Notes: generated by a model from the sequence alone, not told the origin. A stretch of 64,000 nt of DNA from Candidatus Omnitrophota bacterium (GCA_015233115.1 JADFYJ010000014.1:11028-75027); one strand, 5' to 3'; numbered from the stretch's first letter, positions 41,537 to 51,536 are shown. Translations and numbers: made by a program.

Positions 41537-42739
41537 ATGCCGACTTTTAAATATGTAGCCAAAGATGCTGAATCCAAAAGTTTGACCGGTAAAATTGCGG
41601 CAGATGATAAGAATGCGGTGGTTGAAGAGTTACGCAAACGGAAACTGACTATTATTTCTGTAACGGAAATGAAGGGCGAAAAAGTCAAAACCGGCTCCCG
41701 TAGAAAAGTTAAAGCGGAAGAAATTGTGCTTTTTGCCCGTCAGTTAGCCACGATGGTGGAGGCAGGTATGCCAATCTTGCAGGGCTTAAACGCTTTGGCG
41801 GACCAGACCACCAATGAAGGGTTTAAAAAAGTTTTGACTGAAGTTGAAACAGATATCAAGCATGGTTCGAGTTTATCCTCTGCATTTGCCAAACATCCGC
41901 ATGTGTTTAATAATTTATTTATTAATCTCGTAAAAGTCGGGGAAACCGGCGGTATTTTGAGTACAGTTTTAGATCGGGTTTCCACGTATATGGAAAAAAC
42001 TTTGAGTTTACAGCGTAAGGTGAAATCCGCTTTAGTTTATCCGAGCGTAGTCGTATCTATGGCGATCATTATCACTGTGGTGCTTTTGATTAAAGTCGTT
42101 CCCACTTTTACGGGAATTTATTCTTCTTTCGGGAAAGAATTGCCGGCGATGACGCAAGTACTGGTTAACGCGAGTAATTTTCTGCAGTCTTATATAATTT
42201 TTATTATTATTGCCATTGTTGGTTTAGGGTTTGGGCTTGCGCGCTGGCATAAAACTGAAAAAGGCGCTTTGGTGATTGATGGTGCTGTGTTACGTTTGCC
42301 GGTTTTTGGAGAGCTTTTACGTAAAGTCGCGGTGAGTCGGTTTACCCGTACGCTGGCTACGTTGGTTCAGAGCGGGGTGCCTATTCTCGAATCATTGAAT
42401 ATTGTTGAAAAAACTATTGGAAATAAAGTTTTGGAAAATGTTATCAAAGATGTTCAAGTGAGTGTCAGGCAAGGGGAAAGCTTATCTGTGCCGTTGGAAA
42501 AGAGCACAGTATTTCCTCCCATGGTCACCCGCATGATTTCCATTGGAGAAAAATCCGGGCAGATGGAAAAAATGCTTTTAAAAGTTTCTGAATTTTATGA
42601 TGATCAAGTGGACACGGCTGTTGATGGCTTGACGAGTATGATTGAACCTCTTATCATTGGGGTCATGGGAGTGGTGATCGGTTTTATCGTTATCGCGCTT
42701 TTTATGCCGATCTTGTCAATGTCGCAGTTGGTGAGCTAG
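41537..42739 (+). CDS. pilC: PilC/GspF inner-membrane platform protein
   Basis: FARQLATMVEAG, GETGG, KVKSALVYP, GEKSGQ, MIEP. Confidence 0.94.
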   Translation: MPTFKYVAKDAESKSLTGKIAADDKNAVVEELRKRKLTIISVTEMKGEKVKTGSRRKVKAEEIVLFARQLATMVEAGMPILQGLNALADQTTNEGFKKVLTEVETDIKHGSSLSSAFAKHPHVFNNLFINLVKVGETGGILSTVLDRVSTYMEKTLSLQRKVKSALVYPSVVVSMAIIITVVLLIKVVPTFTGIYSSFGKELPAMTQVLVNASNFLQSYIIFIIIAIVGLGFGLARWHKTEKGALVIDGAVLRLPVFGELLRKVAVSRFTRTLATLVQSGVPILESLNIVEKTIGNKVLENVIKDVQVSVRQGESLSVPLEKSTVFPPMVTRMISIGEKSGQMEKMLLKVSEFYDDQVDTAVDGLTSMIEPLIIGVMGVVIGFIVIALFMPILSMSQLVS

Positions 42740-42742
42740 TCA

Positions 42743-42825
42743 ATAGGTTATAGGTTATAGGAAAAATTTTTGTCATTCCCGCGCAAGCGGGAATCCAGAT
42801 TTTCGTTTTTCCTGTCGCCTATCGT
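42743..42825 (+). repeat. Heptamer arm (ATAGGTT)n plus GTCATTCCCGCGCAAGCGGGAATCC REP hairpin
   Basis: Hairpin at 42772-42796; degenerate partner arm CCTGTCGCCTATCG. Confidence 0.75.
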
Positions 42826-42845
42826 ATTATCAAAGGAGAATAGGC

Positions 42846-43781
42846 ATGTATAAATTTTGCTGCATGGTAATAGCGTTAATAATGTTGGCCGCCACACCAG
42901 TGTTGGCTCAGGAAGGTCGGGTGACTACCCGGGATTGGAACGATTCTTTGCGCGCGTTGAATGAGAGTTTGCAGCAGGTTGACGCGAGAAATCAATGGCT
43001 GGCTTTCCAGATTGAGTTCATGAAGGGGGATATGTCGCGTCTTAAAGCTCAGGCAGATGAAATGAATCAGCAGGCCGTGGACAATCCAGGGCAGTTTGCG
43101 TTTAACAATAAACAAGAAGTGGAAGTTTTCCAAAAAGAAGCGGACGGAGTATATCAAAGTTTAAAAGCTATTGCTAAAGAGCGGCAAAATTTGGAAATCC
43201 GGTTGGTTGAAAAATCAAAAGAGGGAGTTCAACTCAAATCAGATATTGAGCAACTCACCAAAACGGTTGCAGAGTTAAAAGATCAATTGAGGTACTCCAT
43301 TTCGGGAACAGACCCGGATATAGAGCGCGAAAAAAAAGATTTAAGTGCTTGGATTAAAGACGCGGAAAAAAATTATAATAAGGCTCAGACGGAATTGGCA
43401 AGAGTGAAAAGGAAAAATGAGCCCGATGTCCGGATCAAAGATTTAGCAAAACACCGGGATGATTTACAGGCTAAGGTTGATAAATTAAAGACAGAGATGT
43501 CTCAGCTGGGACAAAATAAAGAAGAGTCAATTTCTGAATACGAAAAGAGGGCAAAATTCTCGCAAGACAATCTCAATGCCCTAGACGAAGAAATCGTTAA
43601 GTTGGAAAAACGTAAAGAAGAGTTAAATGTTATTCTAGATAATATTGCTAATAAGCTTGATAAGAATAATCTGCACTTAGATACACCGAAAGATAATCAG
43701 CAAGAATTAGAGAATAATTTGCAAATGTTAAAAAATGAAAATGCTCAACTTAAAGATAAGTTGAGCGCTTTTAAAAAATAA
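42846..43781 (+). CDS. Exported long coiled-coil protein of unknown function
   Basis: Signal peptide (..TPVLA-QE), heptad-rich body; AAGGAG RBS. Confidence 0.75.
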   Translation: MYKFCCMVIALIMLAATPVLAQEGRVTTRDWNDSLRALNESLQQVDARNQWLAFQIEFMKGDMSRLKAQADEMNQQAVDNPGQFAFNNKQEVEVFQKEADGVYQSLKAIAKERQNLEIRLVEKSKEGVQLKSDIEQLTKTVAELKDQLRYSISGTDPDIEREKKDLSAWIKDAEKNYNKAQTELARVKRKNEPDVRIKDLAKHRDDLQAKVDKLKTEMSQLGQNKEESISEYEKRAKFSQDNLNALDEEIVKLEKRKEELNVILDNIANKLDKNNLHLDTPKDNQQELENNLQMLKNENAQLKDKLSAFKK

Positions 43782-43799
43782 GAGTGTCAACCAGGAAGC

Positions 43800-44366
43800 G
43801 TGCCAGTGGCTGAAAAATTTGATGCGCAAGTTATTGCGGCAAAACTTATGGGAAGTGTTCAAGACTTAATGGAAAAGACCTGCAAGTCTAAACTTTCGGA
43901 AAAACCAGTTATGGAGACGAAAGAAATCATTGAGTATGGCAGTAGGATGCGCGTGTTAGGACTTTCAAAATTCGACGGACCGTGTTATGTGGCTGCGGTT
44001 AATTTATATTTAAATCAGAAAAAATCCGAAGATAAAGATGCCTGCGGGGTCATTGTGAGTTATTGGGAACAGGAGACAGCGGAGGGTTTTGTCCGCGCTT
44101 TACAAAAGGGTTTAGACCTTGAAGACCCGGATGTGATATTGGATAGTTGCGGAGAATTTTGTAATAGTATTGCCGGCCAATTTAAAAACGAGTTAGCGGC
44201 GTTTGGTTATCCGGAGCTAAATCTTTCTACGATTATCAAAGCCCGGAACGAAATTGATGAGGGAGTTGATTTTCCTTTTAGCGAAGGAGAATATTGCGAG
44301 CTGTCATTTAAAGTAAAAAATAAAAAAGTGGTGGTTGTTTCTTTGGTTATGGCGCCCCCCGCATAA
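43800..44366 (+). CDS. CheX-like phosphatase-fold protein
   Basis: DSCGEFCNSIAGQFK matches the CheC/CheX ExxN motif; heads the che cluster. Confidence 0.6.
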   Translation: MPVAEKFDAQVIAAKLMGSVQDLMEKTCKSKLSEKPVMETKEIIEYGSRMRVLGLSKFDGPCYVAAVNLYLNQKKSEDKDACGVIVSYWEQETAEGFVRALQKGLDLEDPDVILDSCGEFCNSIAGQFKNELAAFGYPELNLSTIIKARNEIDEGVDFPFSEGEYCELSFKVKNKKVVVVSLVMAPPA

Positions 44367-44393
44367 AGACTGGATTTTAAAGGAGCTCATTTT

Positions 44394-44810
44394 ATGACAC
44401 TGATGAATGTCCCTCAAGAAAGAAGAAAATATATCCGGCTTCCGCTGAAATGCATATTAAGGTGTTCTCCTTTTGCTGGACATGGTTCAGAATTGTGGTC
44501 AGGCGAAGTGACCACGGCTACTAAAAATATCAGCGCTGGCGGTATTTTATTTGAAAGCCGGCACCCTTATGAATTAGGAGCTTTATTGCAAGTCGAGGCG
44601 GACGTTCCGGGTTGGGAAAAATTTAAAACCGAATTTTATAAAGAAGAGCAGATTTCTCGGTCTTTGCCAGTGGTTATTTTGGTGTCGGTCGTGCGTGTTG
44701 AGGCGATTGAGATTGGGAGGAAATACGATATTGGAGCCGCTTTTGTGGGGATTGACCGGGGACATCAAGGAGCGCTGGTTAAATATATCAAAAGCCGGGT
44801 GAAGGAGTAG
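44394..44810 (+). CDS. PilZ domain protein
   Basis: ERRKYIR (RxxxR) and NISAGG (D/NxSxxG). Confidence 0.88.
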   Translation: MTLMNVPQERRKYIRLPLKCILRCSPFAGHGSELWSGEVTTATKNISAGGILFESRHPYELGALLQVEADVPGWEKFKTEFYKEEQISRSLPVVILVSVVRVEAIEIGRKYDIGAAFVGIDRGHQGALVKYIKSRVKE

Positions 44811-44817
44811 AAACCCA

Positions 44818-45333
44818 ATGCCAGAAATTAATTTTGAAGAGAGTACGAGCCGGGTGGCTAGGACTATAAAACAATTTGTGTGTTTTAAATTGGCGGCAGA
44901 AGAATACGCGATTGATATTAGTTATATTCAGGAAGTGATCCGGGTGGTGACGATTACTCAGGTGCCGCAGATGCCGGAGTTCTGCTGGGGTGTAATTAAT
45001 GTCAGGGGAAATGTTCTTCCGGTTTTTGATTTGCGGCGGTTGTTTCATTTGCCAGAAAAAAAATTTGATGCACAATCCAAATTTTTAATCGCTTCAATCG
45101 GAAATTTTATTGCCAGTTTTATTGTGGATGAGATTGTGGATAATATTAAATTAGAATCATCCGCTATTGATCCAACTCCCGCGGTTAAAATGAAAATCGA
45201 TGCAGATTGTATTAAAGGATTAGGCGAGTTGGATGACCGGATGATCGTGATCATCAATTTAGAAAAAGTCCATGATCATATTTTGAAAATAATTAATACT
45301 TTTTCAAAAATTAAGGGACCTGTCCATGAATAA
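44818..45333 (+). CDS. cheW: Chemotaxis coupling protein CheW
   Basis: FKLAAEEYAIDI..QEVI, GVINVRGNVLPVFDL. Confidence 0.93.
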   Translation: MPEINFEESTSRVARTIKQFVCFKLAAEEYAIDISYIQEVIRVVTITQVPQMPEFCWGVINVRGNVLPVFDLRRLFHLPEKKFDAQSKFLIASIGNFIASFIVDEIVDNIKLESSAIDPTPAVKMKIDADCIKGLGELDDRMIVIINLEKVHDHILKIINTFSKIKGPVHE

Positions 45334-45748
45334 AAACCATCGGATTCAAGCGGATAACCGCCGAGTGTATACCCGCATTGACCGCCCGCATTTGCTTAAA
45401 GTCAAAATGTTTGATCTCAAGGATCAGAGTTCGGTGCGGAAAATAGAAGCCATTACTCGGAACGTATCTGCCGGGGGGTTAGCATTTGAATCGGAACAAT
45501 TTTTTGAATCCGGAACAGTTTTGGAGATTGAGCTAGATACGCCGGGATGGGAAAAACTCAGAGGCGTCTTTGACGGAGAAAAGGGCGATGCCTTGCCCTC
45601 AGCGGTGATGCTCTTGGCCAAAGTTATCCGGACAAGAGTTATTGAAGAGGATTTGTATGATATTGCTGTTTCTTTTGTTGGGATCGATGACCGGCATCGC
45701 CATGCTCTGACGAAATATGTCCAAGAACGAGAAAACAGCGCGGGTTAA
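45326..45748 (+). CDS. PilZ domain protein
   Basis: NRRVYTR and NVSAGG; shares PGWEK with the 44394 paralog. Confidence 0.88.
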   Translation: MNKNHRIQADNRRVYTRIDRPHLLKVKMFDLKDQSSVRKIEAITRNVSAGGLAFESEQFFESGTVLEIELDTPGWEKLRGVFDGEKGDALPSAVMLLAKVIRTRVIEEDLYDIAVSFVGIDDRHRHALTKYVQERENSAG

Positions 45749-45761
45749 AAGGAGGGGATGA

Positions 45762-46706
45762 GTGTCTTCGGAAAAAATTCGACTTTCAAATGTGCTATTA
45801 GACGTTGGAACGAATGAATTGGAAATTGTGGAATTTTGCCTGGCGGATAGTTTTTATGGGATTAATGTCATGAAGGTCAGGGAGATTATCCGCTGTCCAG
45901 AAAATATTGTAGCTGTGCCTCATGCTCATCCGGCTGTCGATGGTGTGATTAATGTCCGGGGCACGATTATTCCGGTTGTGAATTTGGCGCGTCAATTTGG
46001 CATCGATGATACCAAAGCCACTAAAGCGGTTCAGCGCATTATTATTTCCCAGTTTAATAAATTAACAATAGGTTTTCTGGTCAGTTCTGTCTCACGGATC
46101 CACAGGTTTTCGTGGCAACAGGTCGTCGCTCCGTCTGGCATGATTTCTAATGGTGATACTTATGTTGTTTCTATGGTCAAGATGGATGAAAAAATAATTT
46201 TATTATTAGATTTTGAAAAAATAGCTTTTGACGTTAGTCCTGAAGCACGCCCCCCGCAAGTGGAAGCTTCGCCGGTTAAAGAATTGCCAGCGGCATTTGA
46301 CCGCTCGGCTAAAACCATTCTGGTGGCAGAAGATTCGAAGTTTTTAAGGGCTGTTATGGTCGAGGCCTTGTCGAAATTAGGTTACAAAGTGATCGCGACG
46401 AGTGATGGAGAAGAAGCGTGGCAAGAGTTTGAAACTCATAATGCTAACAATGCGGCTGGCGGGGTTCCCATCGATTTATTAGTCAGCGATATTGAGATGC
46501 CGCGGATGGATGGGTTACATTTGGTGCGGAAGATAAAGGTTTCTAACGGATTTCGTAAGGTTCCTTGCATTGTTTTTTCATCTATGATAAATACCGATTT
46601 GTCCCAGCGTTGTGCCGCTATTGGGGTGGATGTCACGATCACTAAGCCGGAAATTAGTAAGCTTGTTGAAGCGGTAGAGGGCCATTTCAATCAAGGCAGG
46701 GCATGA
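45762..46706 (+). CDS. cheV: CheV (CheW-REC) coupling protein
   Basis: GTNELEIVEF, YGINVMKVREI, then receiver domain AEDS..SDIEMPRMDG. Confidence 0.93.
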   Translation: MSSEKIRLSNVLLDVGTNELEIVEFCLADSFYGINVMKVREIIRCPENIVAVPHAHPAVDGVINVRGTIIPVVNLARQFGIDDTKATKAVQRIIISQFNKLTIGFLVSSVSRIHRFSWQQVVAPSGMISNGDTYVVSMVKMDEKIILLLDFEKIAFDVSPEARPPQVEASPVKELPAAFDRSAKTILVAEDSKFLRAVMVEALSKLGYKVIATSDGEEAWQEFETHNANNAAGGVPIDLLVSDIEMPRMDGLHLVRKIKVSNGFRKVPCIVFSSMINTDLSQRCAAIGVDVTITKPEISKLVEAVEGHFNQGRA

Positions 46707-47533
46707 ATATCGACATAAAAGATTCTGAATATAAAGCGGTCCATGACTTGATGTACCGTTACGCGGGCGTCCATCTGACAGAAAAGAAAAAGCCGTTGAT
46801 TGTGGCGCGGTTAAGGAAACGGCTGGTGGAGTTTTCTTTAAACACGTTGGGCGATTACATCAAATATTTGCAAACTCATTTAAAAGAAGAATTGCCCAAT
46901 TTTATTAGTGCTTTAACGACGAATGAAACATATTTTTTCCGGCATACGAAACAATTTAATTTATTTTTTGAAGAAATACTACCTGAATTGTGCAGCCGCA
47001 AAAAAAGGGCGGGTCAGAAACTGATTAAAATTTGGTCTGCGGCATCATCGACAGGGGAAGAAGCCTATTCCATCGCCATAGTTTGCCAGGAGTTTATGGC
47101 TAAGCATCCGGGTTGGCAATTCCAAATTTATGCGTCAGACATTGATTATCAAGTACTGCAGAAGGCCCGGGAAGGGATTTACGGTGAAAAAAGTGTGGCA
47201 AAAGTTACAGAATCTTTGATGCGTAAATATTTTACGGCGAGGCATGCGGGAATTATAAAGCGGTTCGAGTTAAACCATCAGATAAAACAATGTGTGACGT
47301 TTGAGAATCACAATTTAATGAATCCGCCGAAACGCGCGGATTATGACGTAATTTTTTTACGGAATGTTTTGTACTATTTTGATAAATCGACTCAACAAAC
47401 CGTAGCCAGCTTATTAGAATCCGCATTATTGCCGGGCGGATATTTTTTTGTCAGTCTATCAGAAAATTTACATGATCGTCCCAATCAATTAGAATATTTG
47501 AGAAATGGAATTTACCGCAAGGCTGATAGATAG
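46703..47533 (+). CDS. cheR: Chemotaxis methyltransferase CheR
   Basis: LTTNETYFFR, IWSAASSTGEEAYS, ASDID, IFLRNVLYYF. Confidence 0.95.
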   Translation: MNIDIKDSEYKAVHDLMYRYAGVHLTEKKKPLIVARLRKRLVEFSLNTLGDYIKYLQTHLKEELPNFISALTTNETYFFRHTKQFNLFFEEILPELCSRKKRAGQKLIKIWSAASSTGEEAYSIAIVCQEFMAKHPGWQFQIYASDIDYQVLQKAREGIYGEKSVAKVTESLMRKYFTARHAGIIKRFELNHQIKQCVTFENHNLMNPPKRADYDVIFLRNVLYYFDKSTQQTVASLLESALLPGGYFFVSLSENLHDRPNQLEYLRNGIYRKADR

Positions 47534-47569
47534 GTCACAAAGGCACAAGGTCACACCTTAAAGTTAGGA

Positions 47570-48655
47570 ATGTTTATGTTGAAAAAAATTAAAGTGGTGA
47601 TCGCGGATGATTCGGCGTTTTTTCGACAGGTTCTGAAAACTGTTTTGGAAGAATCCAGGAAGATCGTGGTCGTTGCCGCGGCGAAGAATGGGAAAGAAGC
47701 GGTTGAATTTGTCAAAACTCTTAACCCGGATATTTTGATTTTGGATTGTGATATGCCGGTGATGAATGGTTTGGATGCTTTAAAGCGGGTCATGGATGAG
47801 AACCCCTTACCGGTTTTGATGTTTAGCGCGTTAACACAGGAAGGGGCGAAAGAGACGTTGACCGCTTTATCATTGGGGGCTGTGGATTTTTTGCTCAAAC
47901 CCGCGGGGCATGCCCATGCGCTAGATGAAGTCGCGGAAGAATTGATCAAAAAAATTGAAACAATTGTCCGCCAGGCCAAATGGCGGGTTTCTCTTCCTTC
48001 GGTCAACCGGCCGAAGCTGTCCAATGGGGTTGAAACAGAAAATGTTCAGGTTCAAGACCGCCGGCCGGCTGTGGAGTTGAGGCGAAGAACAGTCGATTTG
48101 ATTGCTATGGGATCATCAACCGGCGGAGTGCAGGCGTCAACGAGAGTATTGATGGCTTTGCCAGAAAATACGGCCCCGATTGTATGGGTTCAGCATATGC
48201 CTCCGGAATTTACCAAAAATTTTGCTGAACGGTTAAATGGGTTGTGTCAAATGGAAGTGAAAGAGGCCAAAGATGGAGACCTGGTGAAGCGGGGAATTTG
48301 TTATCTGGCGCCAGGCGGATTTCAGATGCGCTTGTTAAAAAAAGGTAATGATTATTGTGTGAGTGTTAAATTAGGTGAAAAAGTTTCCGGTCAATGCCCG
48401 TCTTGTAATGTCTTGTTTGATTCGGCGGCAGAATATTTTGGTGACAATGCGCTGGGGATTATATTAACGGGCATGGGAGACGACGGAGCCTCTGGCTTAG
48501 CCAAAATGCACCAAAAAGGCGCATATGTGATCGGCCAGAATGAAAAATCCTGTGTGGTTTACGGGATGCCTAAAGCCGCGTATAATTTAGGCGCGGTGGA
48601 TATTGAACTGGATATTCAAGAAATTTCGGATGCCATTATTAAAGCCGGAGGTTGA
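47570..48655 (+). CDS. cheB: Chemotaxis methylesterase CheB (REC plus esterase)
   Basis: N-terminal receiver; GSSTGG, QHMPP, LTGMGDDGA, VVYGMP. Confidence 0.95.
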   Translation: MFMLKKIKVVIADDSAFFRQVLKTVLEESRKIVVVAAAKNGKEAVEFVKTLNPDILILDCDMPVMNGLDALKRVMDENPLPVLMFSALTQEGAKETLTALSLGAVDFLLKPAGHAHALDEVAEELIKKIETIVRQAKWRVSLPSVNRPKLSNGVETENVQVQDRRPAVELRRRTVDLIAMGSSTGGVQASTRVLMALPENTAPIVWVQHMPPEFTKNFAERLNGLCQMEVKEAKDGDLVKRGICYLAPGGFQMRLLKKGNDYCVSVKLGEKVSGQCPSCNVLFDSAAEYFGDNALGIILTGMGDDGASGLAKMHQKGAYVIGQNEKSCVVYGMPKAAYNLGAVDIELDIQEISDAIIKAGG

Positions 48656-48656
48656 G

Positions 48657-49082
48657 ATGATAAGAAATATTATCTTAGTCGTGGATGATGAAGAGCATAT
48701 GGTGAGCTTGTTGAAACAAGCTTTGGCGGATGATCATACGGAAGTGATTGGTGCTTCTGATGGACAAGAAGCTTTGGATTTGGTATCGAACCGGCATGTG
48801 GATTTGATCATTGCGGATAACAATATGCCTAAAATTCTGGGAGAAAATCTTTTTTTAGAAATTAAAAAAATGGATCCATTTGTTCAGCTGATCATGATTA
48901 CGGGATATCCGTCAGTCACAGTGATTGTTAAGATGCTGGAAGCGGGAGTATCAGATTTTTTAATCAAGCCTTTTGATCTAAATCAGATTCAATTGGTGGT
49001 TAAAGAAACATTAGGGAGGATCGAACGCTGGCGCAATTTGCGCAAAGAGTGGATGGCGTATAAGAAAAGAGGAATCGAGTAA
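48657..49082 (+). CDS. Single-domain response regulator
   Basis: ILVVDDE, ADNNMP, MITG, KPF; GGAGG RBS before ATG 48657. Confidence 0.88.
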   Translation: MIRNIILVVDDEEHMVSLLKQALADDHTEVIGASDGQEALDLVSNRHVDLIIADNNMPKILGENLFLEIKKMDPFVQLIMITGYPSVTVIVKMLEAGVSDFLIKPFDLNQIQLVVKETLGRIERWRNLRKEWMAYKKRGIE

Positions 49083-49140
49083 CCGAGTGACAGAGCAAAA
49101 ATGTTGATGGATAAAAGAAAAATTATATTAAGGGAGAATT

Positions 49141-50097
49141 ATGGGCAGCGAAAATAATGAATTGATAGGAGAGTTTATCGCGGAGAGTGAGGAATACTTG
49201 GCCGTTTTAAACCAGAAATTGCTCAAGGCTGAAGATGCCATTAAATCCGGCGTGGATATGTCTGCGGAAGAATTAAACGCTATGTTCCGTTCTGTGCATA
49301 CGATTAAAGGGACAGCCTCCTTTTTTGATTTGCAAAAGATCGTTCATTTAACGCATGATATGGAAGCCGTTTTATCCCGGATAAAAAAATTTGAAATGAA
49401 ATTGACGGCGCCTATCATAGATGTATTATTCGGTGCTTTTGATACATTACAAAAATTGGTCACGAATTTAAAAGAACAGGGCTCATTGGATTCAGTGGAT
49501 ATTAAAAAAAATATTCAGGAAATCGCGTTGATCTTAGATGAAAAGCCTGTTGAACCAAGTATTAAAGGGACTCAGCCGAGTTTGGGTTCGAATCAACCGG
49601 TTCTCCCTGTTGTTGCGGCAGGGACAGTTATCCCGGCGGCCGTTTCTATTCCGCCCGCCGCGGTTCAGGTCCCCAAAGGAGAACAGGATTTTGGGGTCAT
49701 GGAGATCAATGATAGATTTATGGAAGCTTTTGTTTCGGATATCGAAGATAATGTTGAGAATTTTAATAATGATCTGATCAAGCTGGAACAAACTGGGAAT
49801 CTCGATTTGGTCGGGAATTTGTTTCGTTATGCTCATACTGTAAAAGGTTCGTCCGGCGTCGTTAATTGTCAGCCTATGACAGAGGTGTCCCATAAGATGG
49901 AAAGCATTTTGTCAGTTTTTCGCGAGCAGAAAAAAACTATTGATACAGATACGGTCACTTTGCTTTTAGATGGAATTGATACGGTTAAATTTATTTTAAA
50001 TGCAATTAAAAAACAGACTCATCTGGTTTTAGATTTGCAGGCCATTACCGATAAATTAGATCAGCAATACAAGAAATTGATCAACCCTGGAATTTGA
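49141..50097 (+). CDS. Double-Hpt (P1-P1) protein; N-terminal part of a split CheA
   Basis: Two Hpt motifs, FRSVHTIKG and FRYAHTVKG, joined by a Pro/Ala/Val linker; ends at TGA 50095-50097. Confidence 0.85.
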   Translation: MGSENNELIGEFIAESEEYLAVLNQKLLKAEDAIKSGVDMSAEELNAMFRSVHTIKGTASFFDLQKIVHLTHDMEAVLSRIKKFEMKLTAPIIDVLFGAFDTLQKLVTNLKEQGSLDSVDIKKNIQEIALILDEKPVEPSIKGTQPSLGSNQPVLPVVAAGTVIPAAVSIPPAAVQVPKGEQDFGVMEINDRFMEAFVSDIEDNVENFNNDLIKLEQTGNLDLVGNLFRYAHTVKGSSGVVNCQPMTEVSHKMESILSVFREQKKTIDTDTVTLLLDGIDTVKFILNAIKKQTHLVLDLQAITDKLDQQYKKLINPGI

Positions 50098-50121
50098 GTG
50101 TGCTGGAAGGAGTCACTGAAT

Positions 50122-51519
50122 ATGAATGAATCTGCCCCAATATCTGCGGCGCACAATACGGGAAAATCCGCTCCAGTGGAAGTTTCAACATTACGGATTG
50201 ATTCCCGAAAATTGGATTTATTGATGAATATGTCTGGAGAGTTGGTCACCTTACGCGCACAATTTTCTCGTTTAGTGGCATTATTCAGAAATGAGCTGAT
50301 GACCTACAAGGAAATGACTAAGGCTTTGGAAGAATTGAAAGATTCATCGCTGCAAATGGTGTCCAGCAAATTGGATGTCGAACGACGAAAAAAGAGCGAA
50401 GAACAGTTTGTACGGTTGATAGGAAATGTCGAGCAATATAAAAATGAGCTTAATTTTACGGCTCAAGTGCATTCGTTTGATGAGCTGACCGGGATGCTGG
50501 GCAAATTAGCTTCTGATATTCAGTCGGGTATTATGCAAACGCGTATGATTCCAGTGGAATGGGTTTTTACCCGCTTCAAACGGGTCATCCGGGACATGGC
50601 TAAAGAGTTAAATAAAAATGTTGATTTGAAAGTAGAAGGCGAAGATACGGAATTGGATAAAAAAATTGTGGATTGTTTAGCTGATCCACTTACGCATATG
50701 ATCCGAAATGCCATGGACCATGGAATTGATGATAAAGAAACCCGGCTTAAGTTGGGCAAACCGGAAATAGGAACTGTTTTTTTAAAAGCCGCTAACCGGG
50801 GTAACACCATTTTTATAGAAGTCGGAGATGATGGACGGGGTATTGATCCGGAACGGTTGGTTAAAAAAGCAATTGAAAAAGGAATTATCAATCAAGAACA
50901 GGCCCAGCGGATGAGTGAAAAAGAGAAATTACATTTGATGTTTTTACCGGGTTTTAGCACTGCAGAAGCGGTGACGGCTATTTCTGGACGCGGTGTGGGG
51001 CTGGATGTCGTGACGAATATGCTTAATGCCGTTAATGGGACTATTGATATTGAAACAAAAATTGATATGGGGTCTAAGTTTATTTTAAAAATACCTTTAA
51101 CGTTAGCTATTATTCAAGCGTTATTGATTAAGATCAATGAACAGGTATTTGCGGTTCCTATTGAGGCAGTCATTGAGATTATTAAAGTGAGTACGGGGGA
51201 TATATATTCCATTGAAGGAAATGATACTGTGAAATTGCGCGGGCACGCTTTAAGTTTAGTCAGTTTAGAGCAGGTCATCAAGATACAGGGATGTTCAGAA
51301 AAAAATGGAGATGGTTTAAAAACAGTCGTAGTCATTGGTGATAAAGAAAATCGCATCGGGGTGTTAGTGGACAGTCTGATTGGCGAAGATGAAATTGTCA
51401 TTAAACCTTTATCAGAACACTTCAGTCATGTTAAAGGCGTGAGCGGGGCATCCATTTTAGGGGATGGAAATGTGGTGTTGATCTTAGACCCAAATGCCAT
51501 AATCAGCGAAGCGCAATAG
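50122..51519 (+). CDS. cheA: CheA kinase core (dimerisation, HATPase and CheW-like domains; no Hpt)
   Basis: LRIDSRKLDLLMN, HMIRNAMDHGI, DDGRGID, PGFSTA..SGRGVGLDVV, IPLTLAI; own AAGGAG RBS at 50107-50112. Confidence 0.9.
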   Translation: MNESAPISAAHNTGKSAPVEVSTLRIDSRKLDLLMNMSGELVTLRAQFSRLVALFRNELMTYKEMTKALEELKDSSLQMVSSKLDVERRKKSEEQFVRLIGNVEQYKNELNFTAQVHSFDELTGMLGKLASDIQSGIMQTRMIPVEWVFTRFKRVIRDMAKELNKNVDLKVEGEDTELDKKIVDCLADPLTHMIRNAMDHGIDDKETRLKLGKPEIGTVFLKAANRGNTIFIEVGDDGRGIDPERLVKKAIEKGIINQEQAQRMSEKEKLHLMFLPGFSTAEAVTAISGRGVGLDVVTNMLNAVNGTIDIETKIDMGSKFILKIPLTLAIIQALLIKINEQVFAVPIEAVIEIIKVSTGDIYSIEGNDTVKLRGHALSLVSLEQVIKIQGCSEKNGDGLKTVVVIGDKENRIGVLVDSLIGEDEIVIKPLSEHFSHVKGVSGASILGDGNVVLILDPNAIISEAQ

Positions 51520-51536
51520 CAGCGGAAAAGGCAGCA

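Noticed and set aside
50095-50160. Selenocysteine or genome-wide TGA recoding at the cheA junction
   Set aside because: TGA is a normal stop for many genes here, no convincing SECIS-like hairpin follows, the position is a linker, and the downstream part has its own RBS.
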